This document shows positions 1 through 10,081 of a stretch of DNA of 64,000 bases, one piece after another. The stretch's first letter is position 1, and each line of letters begins with the position of its first letter. The notes under the pieces are model-generated. The model saw only the letters and a program-made list of their open reading frames with translations, did not search any database and had not been told where the DNA came from. The position numbers were made by a program, and so were the translations under genes. The stretch is from contig JAYFMW010000017.1 of assembly GCA_042408215.1 (NCBI GenBank), positions 192,001-256,000 on the forward strand, in the 5' to 3' direction. This DNA is from Microcoleus sp. (GTDB taxonomy: Bacteria; Cyanobacteriota; Cyanobacteriia; Cyanobacteriales; Microcoleaceae).

Positions 1-731
1 GTCCATTTAATGAAATGTCAGACTACCAAGTACGACAGCTTGACCAACTCGGTATTAAAGGTGAATATACTGCACATTTTCTTTCTGTGAAAGGGGGTCA
101 AGTTATTCCTAATAGTAGTCTCAGCCATCCTGATGTAAAATCAAAGATTGAACCAGGAGAAGTTCAAGTAAAATCAATGGAGTTGATAGACCAAGTTGAG
201 GCGTGGATGGGAGAAATTAGTCCGGGTACGCGCCTCAAAATTGACGCCAAATCAGATGTCGATTTGATGATTTTTCAATATTCCTATGGAGATAGCAATC
301 CTTACCGTGCAACTAATGTGGGATTTGGAATTAGCTACACTTTACCGATTATTGTAGCGGCACTTGCATCAACACCTGGTACAATAATTTTAATTGAAAA
401 TCCTGAAGCGCATCTCCATCCCAAAGGACAAGTTAAAATGGGTGAATTGTTAGCTTTGGCGGCTAGCGGTGGTGTTCAAGTTGTGATAGAAACTCATAGC
501 GATCATGTTTTAAATGGGATTCGCCTTGCGGTTCACGGGGGGAAACTTGACCCGAAAGATGTTCAGTTGCATTACTTCCAGCGTCAAAATAAAGAAGGAC
601 AAGCCGTGACTGAAGTAATATCGCCAAAAATCGATCGCAACGGACGAATCGATCGCTGGCCCGATGGTTTTTTTGATGAGTGGGATAACAGCTTGGAGAT
701 TTTGTTGGAACCTGCGGTGGAAGGAGAATAA
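1..731 (+). CDS. DUF3696-containing ABC/AAA ATPase, 5' truncated by window edge (Menshen NsnB-like)
   Basis: Signature NVGFGISYTLP, Walker B IILIENPEAHLHP, H-loop IETHSDH, C-terminal WPDGFFDEW (DUF3696); frame is open to the window start. Confidence 0.85.
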   Translation, partial: PFNEMSDYQVRQLDQLGIKGEYTAHFLSVKGGQVIPNSSLSHPDVKSKIEPGEVQVKSMELIDQVEAWMGEISPGTRLKIDAKSDVDLMIFQYSYGDSNPYRATNVGFGISYTLPIIVAALASTPGTIILIENPEAHLHPKGQVKMGELLALAASGGVQVVIETHSDHVLNGIRLAVHGGKLDPKDVQLHYFQRQNKEGQAVTEVISPKIDRNGRIDRWPDGFFDEWDNSLEILLEPAVEGE

Positions 732-734
732 GCG

Positions 735-1676
735 ATGGATTTGGAGATGGTGTTTAATGAAATGTCCGCGCGAAATCTTGCTCCTGATATTTCTACAGCA
801 CAACAATGGATGTCAGAATTGATTATGACGATGCGTGAAGCTAAAAGCTCTGGGCTGAAGGGCATTCGCATTCAAAAAGATTTTCATGCTATGATACTTG
901 CAGAAAACTATCCTCTTTCTCGTTGGCGTAATGATAATGATGTTAATAGAGATGAGCGGAGATTTCTGCTAGCGCTGGCAACTAAGACTCCTTTATCCGT
1001 TGACATTTCTGATGTAAAAATTCACATAAAAGTTGAAAATCCAGATTGTGAATTGAGCTTACAGGGTAGCCAAGCACAAGGCTTTAAGGTTGCTTATTAC
1101 CTTGAAACATTGGCAATTAGTCTGCATTCAGAATCTCTGTGGAATAGCAGTTGCATCAAATTAGAACTGATACAAATTGATGAGAATGGGGAGCTGATAG
1201 AAGAAAGTGTAGAGGTTCTTCATGCTAGTCAGAAAAACCATGTTCTCGAACACGCTAATTGGATTCAGAAACGTCAGCAAACAGGGGTGGCTGACGGTTT
1301 AGAGCTTTGGAACCGTCGAGGTGAGTTATTTTCCAGCCTGGAATTTTGCGATCGCGTTAGCGAACAAATACAAAGCCTTATCGATCCCAAAATGTTACGA
1401 CAAGTTGTCAGAAAGTTATTTGAGCTAGATGAATTATCCAAAAATTGGACAGATGGATCGCTGAATTTAGATAATCTTCCTAGTAAGGTCTCTCCAGAGA
1501 GTGAGTCAAGACTTAAGCAGTTTAGAGAGCAACTAAATACTCAGTGTCTGGACGGAAAAAAACGTATTTTTAGTTTGCACATCCGCATGACACCGGGAGC
1601 TTGGCGACTCCATTTCTGCACGGAATTAGGGCCGGGAAAGATAATCATTGGGTATATCGGCCCCAAAATAGAATAA
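735..1676 (+). CDS. Conserved partner of the DUF3696 ATPase, putative effector with a RelE-like C-terminus (NsnC-like)
   Basis: 313 aa, 3 nt after the ATPase stop; C-terminal HIRMTPGAWRLHF...IIIGYIGPK. Confidence 0.6.
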   Translation: MDLEMVFNEMSARNLAPDISTAQQWMSELIMTMREAKSSGLKGIRIQKDFHAMILAENYPLSRWRNDNDVNRDERRFLLALATKTPLSVDISDVKIHIKVENPDCELSLQGSQAQGFKVAYYLETLAISLHSESLWNSSCIKLELIQIDENGELIEESVEVLHASQKNHVLEHANWIQKRQQTGVADGLELWNRRGELFSSLEFCDRVSEQIQSLIDPKMLRQVVRKLFELDELSKNWTDGSLNLDNLPSKVSPESESRLKQFREQLNTQCLDGKKRIFSLHIRMTPGAWRLHFCTELGPGKIIIGYIGPKIE

Positions 1677-1859
1677 TTTACAGAAAATTTCCCATCGCAA
1701 ATCCCACTAAACAGACATCTCATAAAAATCAACTCACCCTGCATTTCATCTGCGTCAATCTGCGTCGATCAGAATTTATCTGCGGTGAAAAATCCAAATT
1801 ATGCTAAACTATTAACAACCCTAGAATACAAGATCTAAATATTTCAAACTGGTGCGAGT

Positions 1860-3137
1860 ATGATAAATTACTGGATAGTCGGCGCTTTGGCAATAGCTTC
1901 TGTCTTCTGGGCAGAAATAATCCGAGACTTTTATCACGTCGCCTCCCATTATTGGCCACCGCTGTACAAGCTACACTCTTGGCACCACCGCGTTTTCCGC
2001 CCGAATTTGACCCCCGTTAGCGAGACAATTTACAAGCAAGCACACTGGCGTAACGACGTGCCCGAAGCTGTGGTAATGATGGTTTTTGGCTTGTTGCTGT
2101 GGGTTGTAGCCTATTTCTGGATGCCGGAATATCACTGGGGTGCAGCAGCGGGTTGTGTTTATACTTTAGGCTTTTTGTTAAGTGCGATCGCCCGTGGTTG
2201 CGGCATCAAAGGTGCAGACGAACTAACCGACATCACCCACCAGCCGGGAGACTTCCTCACTCCGCCTTCCCAATGGTTTGTGAATAAACCTTACCACTGG
2301 CGGCATCACTTCGACAATCAAAATGCTTACTATTGCGGTACTTTCACCTTAATAGACAAACTCATGGGCACTGCACTTTCTCTTAAAGGCAAAACTGTAG
2401 CCGTCACCGGTGCATCGGGAACTTTAGGACATTTGCTGTTAAAACACCTCCACCAAGCGGGTGCAAAAGCGATCGCCCTCACCTCGGGAAATCAAACAAT
2501 TACTTTGAATCTTGACGGGGAAATTTTGCCGATAAAAACCATAAATTGGCAAATAAGTCAAGAGGCAGACTTAGCAGAATTGTTAGAAAAAGTCGATATT
2601 CTCGTCATTAATCACGGGATTAATGTGCAGGGTTCAAGAACCGGAGAGGCGATCGCCAACTCCTACGAAATCAACACTTTTTCCGCGTTGCGGCTGATGG
2701 AACTCTTTTTCCTAACCGTCCGTACTAACGAAAACATAGCCAACAAAGAAGTTTGGGTCAACACCTCAGAAGCCGAAGTAATTCCCGCTCTCAGTCCCCT
2801 CTACGAACTTAGCAAACGCGCCTTGGGAGACTTAGTAACCCTGCGGCGACTGGATGCACCTTGCATAGTCCGCAAACTAATTTTAGGGCCGTTTAAAAGC
2901 AACTTAAATCCGATCGGCATCATGTCTCCAGATTGGGTAGCCCAGCAAATTGTCAAACAAGCTAAAGCCGATGCCCGCAATATCATCGTGACAATCAATC
3001 CTTTGACATTTATACTGTTTCCTGTCAAAGAATTTTTTGTTTCTCTCTATTTTCAAATTTTCAGCCGCCAAGCTGCTTCAGAAATCAAGAAAGCTGCGAC
3101 ATCTGAAAAATCCAGTGTTGGTGCAAAGATTAATTGA
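1860..3137 (+). CDS. Bifunctional sterol desaturase / short-chain dehydrogenase
   Basis: His boxes YHVASH, HSWHH, HWRHH, then Rossmann VAVTGASGTLG and YELSK. Confidence 0.9.
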   Translation: MINYWIVGALAIASVFWAEIIRDFYHVASHYWPPLYKLHSWHHRVFRPNLTPVSETIYKQAHWRNDVPEAVVMMVFGLLLWVVAYFWMPEYHWGAAAGCVYTLGFLLSAIARGCGIKGADELTDITHQPGDFLTPPSQWFVNKPYHWRHHFDNQNAYYCGTFTLIDKLMGTALSLKGKTVAVTGASGTLGHLLLKHLHQAGAKAIALTSGNQTITLNLDGEILPIKTINWQISQEADLAELLEKVDILVINHGINVQGSRTGEAIANSYEINTFSALRLMELFFLTVRTNENIANKEVWVNTSEAEVIPALSPLYELSKRALGDLVTLRRLDAPCIVRKLILGPFKSNLNPIGIMSPDWVAQQIVKQAKADARNIIVTINPLTFILFPVKEFFVSLYFQIFSRQAASEIKKAATSEKSSVGAKIN

Positions 3138-3142
3138 CAAAC

Positions 3143-3177
3143 AAGAAACCCGGTTTCTGGAAAAAACCGGGTTTCTT
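3143..3177. terminator. Inverted repeat between convergent genes (AGAAACCCGGTTTCT repeat family)
   Basis: aagaaacccggttt...aaaccgggtttctt; related copy at about 31755-31820. Confidence 0.55.
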
Positions 3178-3190
3178 AAAGTGAATTAAA

Positions 3191-3790
3191 CTAATTACTT
3201 ACTTCAGACATTTCAATGACGCGACCATCATAATCCTTGATCAAAAAATTCAGCGGTTTTTCCCGACGAATTTTATATTTAATGCCGCGAGTTTGTACGC
3301 GCATCAATAGCTGATCCAAACAATCGCGATCGAAACAAACGTGACGCTGGCGATTTTTTTCCCCCGAAAGAGCCCCGCTAATTACGTGCAGTTGGGTATT
3401 TTTCATTAACTGATACCACAAACCCTCCGAAGTGCCCATAGTTTGAGAGCTAGTCGCCCTCCCGACATTCGGCGACAAATATAGCGGATCAATGCCAGTT
3501 GTCCCCAAGGTTTGCTCGTAGTTGTAGTAGTAGTGCAGCGGCACCTCTGCTACTGGTAAGTCTAACATCCCCTCGTAGAACTGCCGAGCTTGCCCCAGAT
3601 CCGATACCATAATTGTGTGTACCTTCGGAGCACTGGTCAGGAACATCCACATCGCCCCCGCATAGGCGGCCAGCAGCATCACCATAATGCCTTGAGTCGA
3701 AAACAAGCTGTCCAGCGGCAGCCCGGGCAAAAAAGAACTTAAGTGCAAAGGTACAAGTGCAAAAGCATTAACACTAACTTCTAGGGTCAT
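3191..3790 (-). CDS. Glyoxalase/VOC-like protein with N-terminal TM helix
   Basis: VHTIMVSDLGQARQFYEG, RHVCFD, FLIKDYDGRVIE. Confidence 0.8.
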   Translation of the reverse strand: MTLEVSVNAFALVPLHLSSFLPGLPLDSLFSTQGIMVMLLAAYAGAMWMFLTSAPKVHTIMVSDLGQARQFYEGMLDLPVAEVPLHYYYNYEQTLGTTGIDPLYLSPNVGRATSSQTMGTSEGLWYQLMKNTQLHVISGALSGEKNRQRHVCFDRDCLDQLLMRVQTRGIKYKIRREKPLNFLIKDYDGRVIEMSEVSN

Positions 3791-4012
3791 GAATTATAAG
3801 AAAGGGTAAACAACGAAATTTATGAAGATTGTAGTCGCAGTCGCGATCGAGACTTAAACTATTAGACTAGCCATATATAGCAACCTTCTGGGTAATTAGG
3901 AGGTTTTCATTACTGAAACCATTGATTTTATTGCATTTTCCTTCTTCCGACTTCCATCGGACTTCTTCCTTCTGGTATATGTTAGCAAAAACTAGCCCTT
4001 AGACCCCGCCCC

Positions 4013-4414
4013 ATGAAAGTCTTTGTCTACGGCACCCTCAAACCCGGTGAGTGCAACTACCTGCGCTATTGCGAAGGAAAGGTTGTGGATGCTTGCCCTG
4101 CGATCGCCCGTGGTCAGCTTTTTGCCTTGCCCGCAGGCTATCCTGCTATGATTTCTGGGGAAGGAAGAGTCTACGGTTTTCTCCTGTGTTTTGCCGACTC
4201 GGCTATTTTGGATGATTTAGACCGACTTGAAGATTATCATCCTGGGCGATCGCCCGCACAAAACGAATATCAGCGACAGGAAATCGAAATCTTCGATCTC
4301 AACTTCCAACCTTTAGGCACGGCTTGGGCTTACTTCATGTTACCCGATCGCGTTCGTTCTCTGGGAGGCATCTCCCTGCCCTACGGGACGTGGGTAAATT
4401 TATTTTTTACCTGA
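4013..4414 (+). CDS. Gamma-glutamylcyclotransferase (AIG2-like)
   Basis: VFVYGTLKPG and LDRLEDY motifs. Confidence 0.9.
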   Translation: MKVFVYGTLKPGECNYLRYCEGKVVDACPAIARGQLFALPAGYPAMISGEGRVYGFLLCFADSAILDDLDRLEDYHPGRSPAQNEYQRQEIEIFDLNFQPLGTAWAYFMLPDRVRSLGGISLPYGTWVNLFFT

Positions 4415-5009
4415 TTTGGCATTTCGAGGCTATGGGGGCGCTGACAGCGAATCAACGGGAATGAGGACAAATCTCTTTAACCCGTCGGGGGTTAAAACCC
4501 CCGTCTAACAGCGAAAGTCGGTTTTAACCGACTGAAAAGTTGAGATCAAAAGGTTTTGAGTGGTACATTTACGCGATAGATATCAGACATTGGGGACAAT
4601 CCCGACATCTAAAAACACCTCGATAGCATCATCTGTGAGGATGAAGGGCGTACCCTTCATGAGCTTTCAACATTATGTTAAAAGCGCTGAAAGTTTGATA
4701 GCTACAGATATCGTTTTAAGAGTTTATTGGCTCAACCCAACTATGCTTCGATATTTGCTTTACGGGAGTTTTTCCAGGGGTCTTCAGTTTACCGAGCCTC
4801 GCCTGATACCTGGTATATAGGTAACGGTAGCCATCCATACTTCTACTAAACCCGCGCTGTACTGATTCTACCTGAACATCCTAATTAATTGTCAAGTTTC
4901 CCTACCGTCGGTTTGTCTTAAATGTCTCAATTGTCTCCAAAAGTTAACTAAACCCTGTACTAGCAAAATGTCCTCCTAGGGAGGAGTAATTCTCATTGAT
5001 ATTTTGCAA

Positions 5010-5585
5010 TTACTTGCGAGGAATTTCTACACCAGACTTGGGAATCTCCACCACCGATGCATTCACCCCAAGCATCAAATCATTAGGATTAATAATCTCA
5101 ACGACAGGTTCGTTCAACGCCACCATCAAATCATCAGAACCAGATTGAGCAAACTGGGGAGCAAACAATTGGCGGCCACCAGCGACACCTGACACAACCG
5201 CAACCAACAAAGCTGCGATCGCACATCCACCCCAAACCATCACCCGTTTCGGCTTACGTTCAACCCGCTGCAAAACCTTCGCCACCAACTCCTGCGCTGA
5301 TTGTTCGCTCTTCGGCACCGGCATAGACTGAAAACTCTGCTGCATACTTAGAAGTCGCGAGTACAAACGCTTCGTCACAGGGTCATTGGCCAGCCATTCA
5401 TCCACTTGTCGGCGTTCGGCCGCCGTCACTTCACCGTCGAGATAGGCACTAAGCAGTTCAAAACGATCGCGCATCATAGTAGTTACGTTCCCCTGGGGAC
5501 GATTGTTGTTAGCTAAATTTTCAGCGAGTGCATCCCCGATACCTTGCTGATTCTGATTTTTATCTGATTCAAAGTTAAAATTCAT
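5010..5585 (-). CDS. Anti-sigma factor (zf-HC2-like, single TM), partner of SigG
   Basis: FELLSAYLDGEVTAAERRQVDEWL plus TM helix; downstream of an ECF sigma. Confidence 0.85.
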   Translation of the reverse strand: MNFNFESDKNQNQQGIGDALAENLANNNRPQGNVTTMMRDRFELLSAYLDGEVTAAERRQVDEWLANDPVTKRLYSRLLSMQQSFQSMPVPKSEQSAQELVAKVLQRVERKPKRVMVWGGCAIAALLVAVVSGVAGGRQLFAPQFAQSGSDDLMVALNEPVVEIINPNDLMLGVNASVVEIPKSGVEIPRK

Positions 5586-5676
5586 ATTTCACACCATCTG
5601 CTCAAATTACCGAAAGCACGCGATCGCCAGCAGCCTGATTTACTGCCGATCTATATTTTAAAATAGAAGTTTTGAT

Positions 5677-7037
5677 TTGACACTCCTCGGCTATCAGGCA
5701 CTCTTGATTCTTGGTTCAATCAGTCGGCTTGCCCGCTGATGCTACCACCAACGAGTAGAGGTCGTTCTGTCCCCAAGCGTTAATTCCGGTGTGCCCCACC
5801 GTATTTAAACTTAAATTAATTCCTGATTGCTTCAATCCTTTTGCCAGAATATTCAGAGCTGCATTGTGGTCACGGTCTAGAACAGTGCCACAACTGCAAA
5901 CATGAGTCCTGGTTGACAGCGTTTTTTTGACAGTATTGCCACAGGCTGAACAATCCTGGGAAGTGTACTGAGGAGCAACAGCAACTACTGTTTTACCGTA
6001 CACTTTTCCAAAATATTGCAACCATTGAGCAAACTGTGACCAAGCTGCATCGCTAATTGATTTAGCAAGCTTATGATTTTTTACCATATTCCGCACATGA
6101 AGGTCTTCGTAGGCTACGAAATCACTAGATTTCACTACGCACAACGCCGTCTTGATGGCGAAGTCTTTACGCTGCCGACTGACTTTTAGGTGTTTCTTTC
6201 CTAACTTGTTAATTGCCTTCTTACGATTACTAGAACCTTTCTTTTTCCGAGAAACTCGTTTCTGTGTTCGTTTTAAAGCTTTTTCGTTTTTACGGAGATG
6301 TCGAGGGTTGGGAACCGTGTTACCGTCACTATCGGTGTAGAAATGGTTTAAGCCCACGTCCAGTCCTACGGCTTTGCCAGTAGAAACAAATTCCTCTGTC
6401 CGTTCCACGTTGATACAAAATTGGGCGAAATAACCATCGGCACGACGAACTATCCTGATTCGCTTAATCTTGTCAGGTGCATAAAAGTGCAAATCTCGAC
6501 TACCGATTAACTTGAACTTTCCAGCAGCGAAGCCGTCTTTAAACGTCAAGCATCTTTTGTCGTTAGAAAGCGACCAACCGGACTGTTTGTACTCTACGGA
6601 ACGGGTGTGTTTCTTAAACTGCGGGTATCCTTTTTTTCCTGGTTTTTGGGCTTGGCAATTTGAGAAAAAACGTTGGATAGCAAAAATGGTACGTTCCGCC
6701 GAAGCTTGACGTGCCGTTGAGTTAAGCTTACCCGCCCATTCAAACTCTTTCGCCATGATGGCGCATTGTTTGTATAGATCGACTAACTTAACTACTTGAT
6801 TATCGATCCAGTGTCTAAGAGTTTTGTTTCGGACAAATTGCGCTGTGCGGATCATTTCGTCGATAATCCGATATTGCTGCGATTTGCCTTTTAATTTCAA
6901 CTCTAGTACAATCATGCTATTATTCTCTCGTTTTTGCAGAGCATTGTATTCACAAAGTGCATATATTTAAGAATTGTTTACACTTTGTAGAAATTAAAGC
7001 CGTCCTAGAAGAACGGGGCTTTAGACCCATGTTTTTG
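5677..7037 (-). mobile_element. IS200/IS605-family (IS1341-like, tnpB-only) element
   Basis: Minus strand: TTAC|caaaaacatggg...gccccgttcttctaggacggc left-end hairpin; right end gaatc...gaggagtgTCAA. Confidence 0.85.
5716..6915 (-). CDS. tnpB: RNA-guided endonuclease TnpB
   Basis: RuvC GLDVG / YEDL / DRDHNAA, Zn ribbon CSACG..CSCG, GYPQFKK. Confidence 0.95.
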   Translation of the reverse strand: MIVLELKLKGKSQQYRIIDEMIRTAQFVRNKTLRHWIDNQVVKLVDLYKQCAIMAKEFEWAGKLNSTARQASAERTIFAIQRFFSNCQAQKPGKKGYPQFKKHTRSVEYKQSGWSLSNDKRCLTFKDGFAAGKFKLIGSRDLHFYAPDKIKRIRIVRRADGYFAQFCINVERTEEFVSTGKAVGLDVGLNHFYTDSDGNTVPNPRHLRKNEKALKRTQKRVSRKKKGSSNRKKAINKLGKKHLKVSRQRKDFAIKTALCVVKSSDFVAYEDLHVRNMVKNHKLAKSISDAAWSQFAQWLQYFGKVYGKTVVAVAPQYTSQDCSACGNTVKKTLSTRTHVCSCGTVLDRDHNAALNILAKGLKQSGINLSLNTVGHTGINAWGQNDLYSLVVASAGKPTD

Positions 7038-7089
7038 GTAAAAGCAAACTTCACCAAATCCTCTGTCCCGACGCCTCAAATAAAGGAGA

Positions 7090-7749
7090 CTAATTACCGT
7101 CCAGATAATTTTGCAATTGCAACTGCAATCTTTGGCGAGCTCTAGCAATTCTCGATTTGACCGTTCCCAGAGAAACTCCCGTGATTTCTGCTATTTCCTC
7201 ATAGGCTAAACCTTCAATTTCTCTCAACACGATTGTCGTGCGGAAGACTTCCGGCAAATCCGCGATCGCCACCCGCAACTGGTCGTAAAATTCTCTAGTC
7301 GTCAAATCTTCATCAGGCCCCGGACTATCTGCCGGAATTTCCCAATCCACCTCCCCATCTTCCAGACAACGGGGTACATCCAGCGACAACGGAGTTCGCA
7401 CCCGCTTGCGCTTCCGCAACTCATCATAAAATAAATTTGTGGCAATGCGACTCAGCCAGCCCCTAAATTTAACAGGCTCTTGCAAGCGATTCACATTGCG
7501 ATAAACTCGAATCCAGACTTCCTGAGCCAAATCCGCCCTGTCTTGCCAATCTGGAGCCAAGTGATAGAGAACCCGATCGACATGGGACTGATACCGCTTC
7601 AACAGTTCAGAAAAAGCGCTGCTTTCAGGTCGATTGCCTTCCTGACACCGCAACACCAAGTCATAATTAGAGAGTTTTTCCGCTGGCAATTGCACTCTTT
7701 GAACGGTCGCCACAACCGCAGACCAGGATACTAAAATAAAGTCGCTCAT
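7090..7749 (-). CDS. sigG: ECF RNA polymerase sigma factor, SigG-like
   Basis: DLAQEVWIRVY, GWLSRIATN, YEEIAEITGVSLGTVKSRIARAR; ATG 7749 preferred over the track start 7773. Confidence 0.85.
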   Translation of the reverse strand: MSDFILVSWSAVVATVQRVQLPAEKLSNYDLVLRCQEGNRPESSAFSELLKRYQSHVDRVLYHLAPDWQDRADLAQEVWIRVYRNVNRLQEPVKFRGWLSRIATNLFYDELRKRKRVRTPLSLDVPRCLEDGEVDWEIPADSPGPDEDLTTREFYDQLRVAIADLPEVFRTTIVLREIEGLAYEEIAEITGVSLGTVKSRIARARQRLQLQLQNYLDGN

Positions 7750-7899
7750 GGGTGGAATTGGCTCATCGAACATTCCACCATTGTTGACGCTGCGCGATCG
7801 TTAAAAGTTCCCAAACAGGTTAAAAGAAGCGAAGAGTGCCAGAGTCGGGCATCGGCCTCATAGGGCATCAGCCTCATAGGGCATTGGAAGCAACCAATA

Positions 7900-7953
7900 A
7901 CTAATGACTACTGACTACTGACTAATGACTACTGACTACTGACTAATGACTAA
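7900..7953. repeat. Heptamer tandem repeat (ACTAATG/ACTACTG)
   Basis: About 7 units visible. Confidence 0.9.
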
Positions 7954-8401
7954 TTACTTCGCACGCTCCAATACTCACCCAACTGCTAGAACCGTCAGCC
8001 CAATGTTCTTTTTTCCAAATCGGTGCATTGTGTTTCAGTGTGTCTATCCCGTACTGACAAGCTGCAAACGCCTCTCCCCGGTGGGGACAGCCAACAGCCA
8101 CCAATACGCTGATTTCCCCCACCTGCAAGCGTCCGACGCGGTGGTGAATGACAACCCGATTGACATCTGGCCACTGGCGGCGGATTTCAGTGGCGATTTC
8201 CTGGAATACTCGCACCGCCATCGGTTCGTAGGCTTGGTACTCTAGAGAAACTACAGCTTGACCATCTGTTTGGTTGCGGACTGTACCGCTCATTAATACC
8301 ACGGCTCCGTTAGCCGCGTCATCTGCCAAAGTGTAGATTTCCTCTACACATAAAGGAGCTATAGTAATTGCCAAACTGTCTTCACCCAGGCGTTGAGGCA
8401 T
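7943..8401 (-). CDS. moaE: Molybdopterin synthase catalytic subunit
   Basis: LEYQAYEPMA, HRVGRLQVGE, PHRGEAF, LKHNAPIWKKE; start uncertain (8401 or 8455). Confidence 0.93.
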   Translation of the reverse strand: MPQRLGEDSLAITIAPLCVEEIYTLADDAANGAVVLMSGTVRNQTDGQAVVSLEYQAYEPMAVRVFQEIATEIRRQWPDVNRVVIHHRVGRLQVGEISVLVAVGCPHRGEAFAACQYGIDTLKHNAPIWKKEHWADGSSSWVSIGACEVISH

Positions 8402-9219
8402 CCTGTCGTTAGCGAAGCCCTCGTAGAGGAGCGAAATTGCAGCGCCAGAGTTCATGATCTCGAAATAGTGCTGGGGAACTAAGTTGATATTGACACAAAG
8501 CCAGTCGAATTCGATTTAGGATGGTTGCTCGATCGCCTGATTGCCGATCTAACTGTAACACATCAATCAGTAACTGGACACAAACAATTAAGATCATTCC
8601 GAGGGACCGCCAGCAATAACACACCCCAAGCGATTGATTTATTTCCTTTGTGATGACACAGTTACCTTTAATAGTGGCTTCCGATTTATCCGCCTCGCCC
8701 AAGACTTTGAGCCGTAAATGTAAACTTTCTTGGTTTTTTTAGTCCGAAAAGCTGATTCAATGACATGATGTATCAGTGCAGGATTCAGAAAAACTGGCGA
8801 ATCTTCGCCACAAGCAAGACCCTAACGTTGTCTTCTGCTTTCTGGGGTACATCAAGTTAATGGTTTTGGCTGTTGACCTATAGTAAACGAATTTTTGTAA
8901 ATTCCGATCGCTTCGACTTCGCGATCGTGACCAGCGGTAGAAATTGGTATGTCATAGGACGGGCTACCGTTTAAAATGACCGCGTTGAAGCATCGGACTT
9001 TTAAGAAAGTTTCTTCGTCAAGCGCAACGGCTCAGCCTCCAACACTTCGACACTTCGACTTCGCTCTGTTACCGTTTTTATATAGCGCTTTCAATATTTT
9101 GTTGAAAGCTTTGAGAGATACCTTCCTATCCGTCAGGCTAAAAGATTGATAGATCTGCCATACACAGTAGATTTAGGCGCAATCCTCGATTTACCGGGTT
9201 AAATGTATCTGTTAATTAT

Positions 9220-9537
9220 CCAGAATAGCCTGAAAACCCGATCGACTTTAGTCAAGGGATGACAGGTAGTTGCAGGATTTATCCAGCCTTGATTTACCGA
9301 TCGTGCCGAATCATGTTAACACAGTGTTTTGGCGTAGTAAAATAGCACTTGTCAGTACAAGACATTAAAACCTACCCCCGGACAGGGGGAAAGTTACGAC
9401 CGAGGAGCTAGTTGCAAGACTAGGATAGCAGACCGCCATTTTTGGCAACAGGATTGCGCCCGGAAACCCTAGCAATAGGGATATTAAGACCGCAAAGTCT
9501 TAAGAATCCCCGCCTATGACAGACCGGGGAGTGTCAA
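9220..9537 (+). mobile_element. ORF-less IS200/IS605 derivative with omega-RNA-like 3' part (M1)
   Basis: Preceded by TTAT; ends gaatccccg...cggggagtgTCAA; closely similar copy at 12343-12661. Confidence 0.8.
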
Positions 9538-9593
9538 TCAGGTTTTGCTCTGACTCTGCACAGAAAAAAGTTAACCACAATAACGAGGAAACT

Positions 9594-9989
9594 ATGGAAT
9601 CACTAGCATTGACCCACTCTTTTGTTGCTTATGAATCTCCAGAGCCTGAACTCAAGCTCAAGTCGTTAGACGAACTGGGCTTGAAAATTCCTAATGCTGC
9701 ATGGGTAGGCGTTGTAGGTATGGCAGTAGCCCTATCTGTTGTGAGCGTCCCAGGCGAAGCTCAGGCCCGAGGTTGCTACCGTAGCTGCGGTGGTCATCAC
9801 AGACATCACAGCTACGGCCAAGTTGCCACCAACGGTAGCCGGCTGAATATCCGCCACCATGCGAGTCGGTGTTCTCATGTCATCGGCAAGTTATATAACG
9901 GAGACCATGTGCCATTGACAGGTCGTTACAGACACGGCTGGGCTCAACTCAAAGGCGGCGGCTGGGTATCCACTGCATGGCTCAACTAA
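9594..9989 (+). CDS. SH3b-domain protein with N-terminal TM/signal
   Basis: GAGGA RBS then MESLAL; VATNGSRLNIR...GWAQLKGGGWVS. Confidence 0.85.
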   Translation: MESLALTHSFVAYESPEPELKLKSLDELGLKIPNAAWVGVVGMAVALSVVSVPGEAQARGCYRSCGGHHRHHSYGQVATNGSRLNIRHHASRCSHVIGKLYNGDHVPLTGRYRHGWAQLKGGGWVSTAWLN

Positions 9990-10027
9990 ATCTTAACTAG
10001 AACACTGTAACTTTCTAGCAAGATTGT

Positions 10028-10060
10028 TAATCGTTACCAAGCCCTGCCTGGTAACGATTA
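10028..10060. terminator. Hairpin between convergent SH3 gene and pyrB
   Basis: 12-bp stem taatcgttacca / tggtaacgatta. Confidence 0.7.
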
Positions 10061-10081
10061 TTTTGAATCTTGCCATGAGCT

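Noticed and set aside
4560..4820. 86-aa ORF
   Set aside because: No motif or RBS, and it lies next to a dispersed palindromic repeat (4487-4535, also near 38540-38590).
8460..9215. Riboswitch or tRNA in the long intergenic region
   Set aside because: No consensus I could recognise by eye; an Rfam/tRNAscan search would be needed. I saw no tRNA or rRNA in the window.
9516..9593. N-terminal extension of the SH3 ORF
   Set aside because: It begins inside element M1; the RBS supports ATG 9594.
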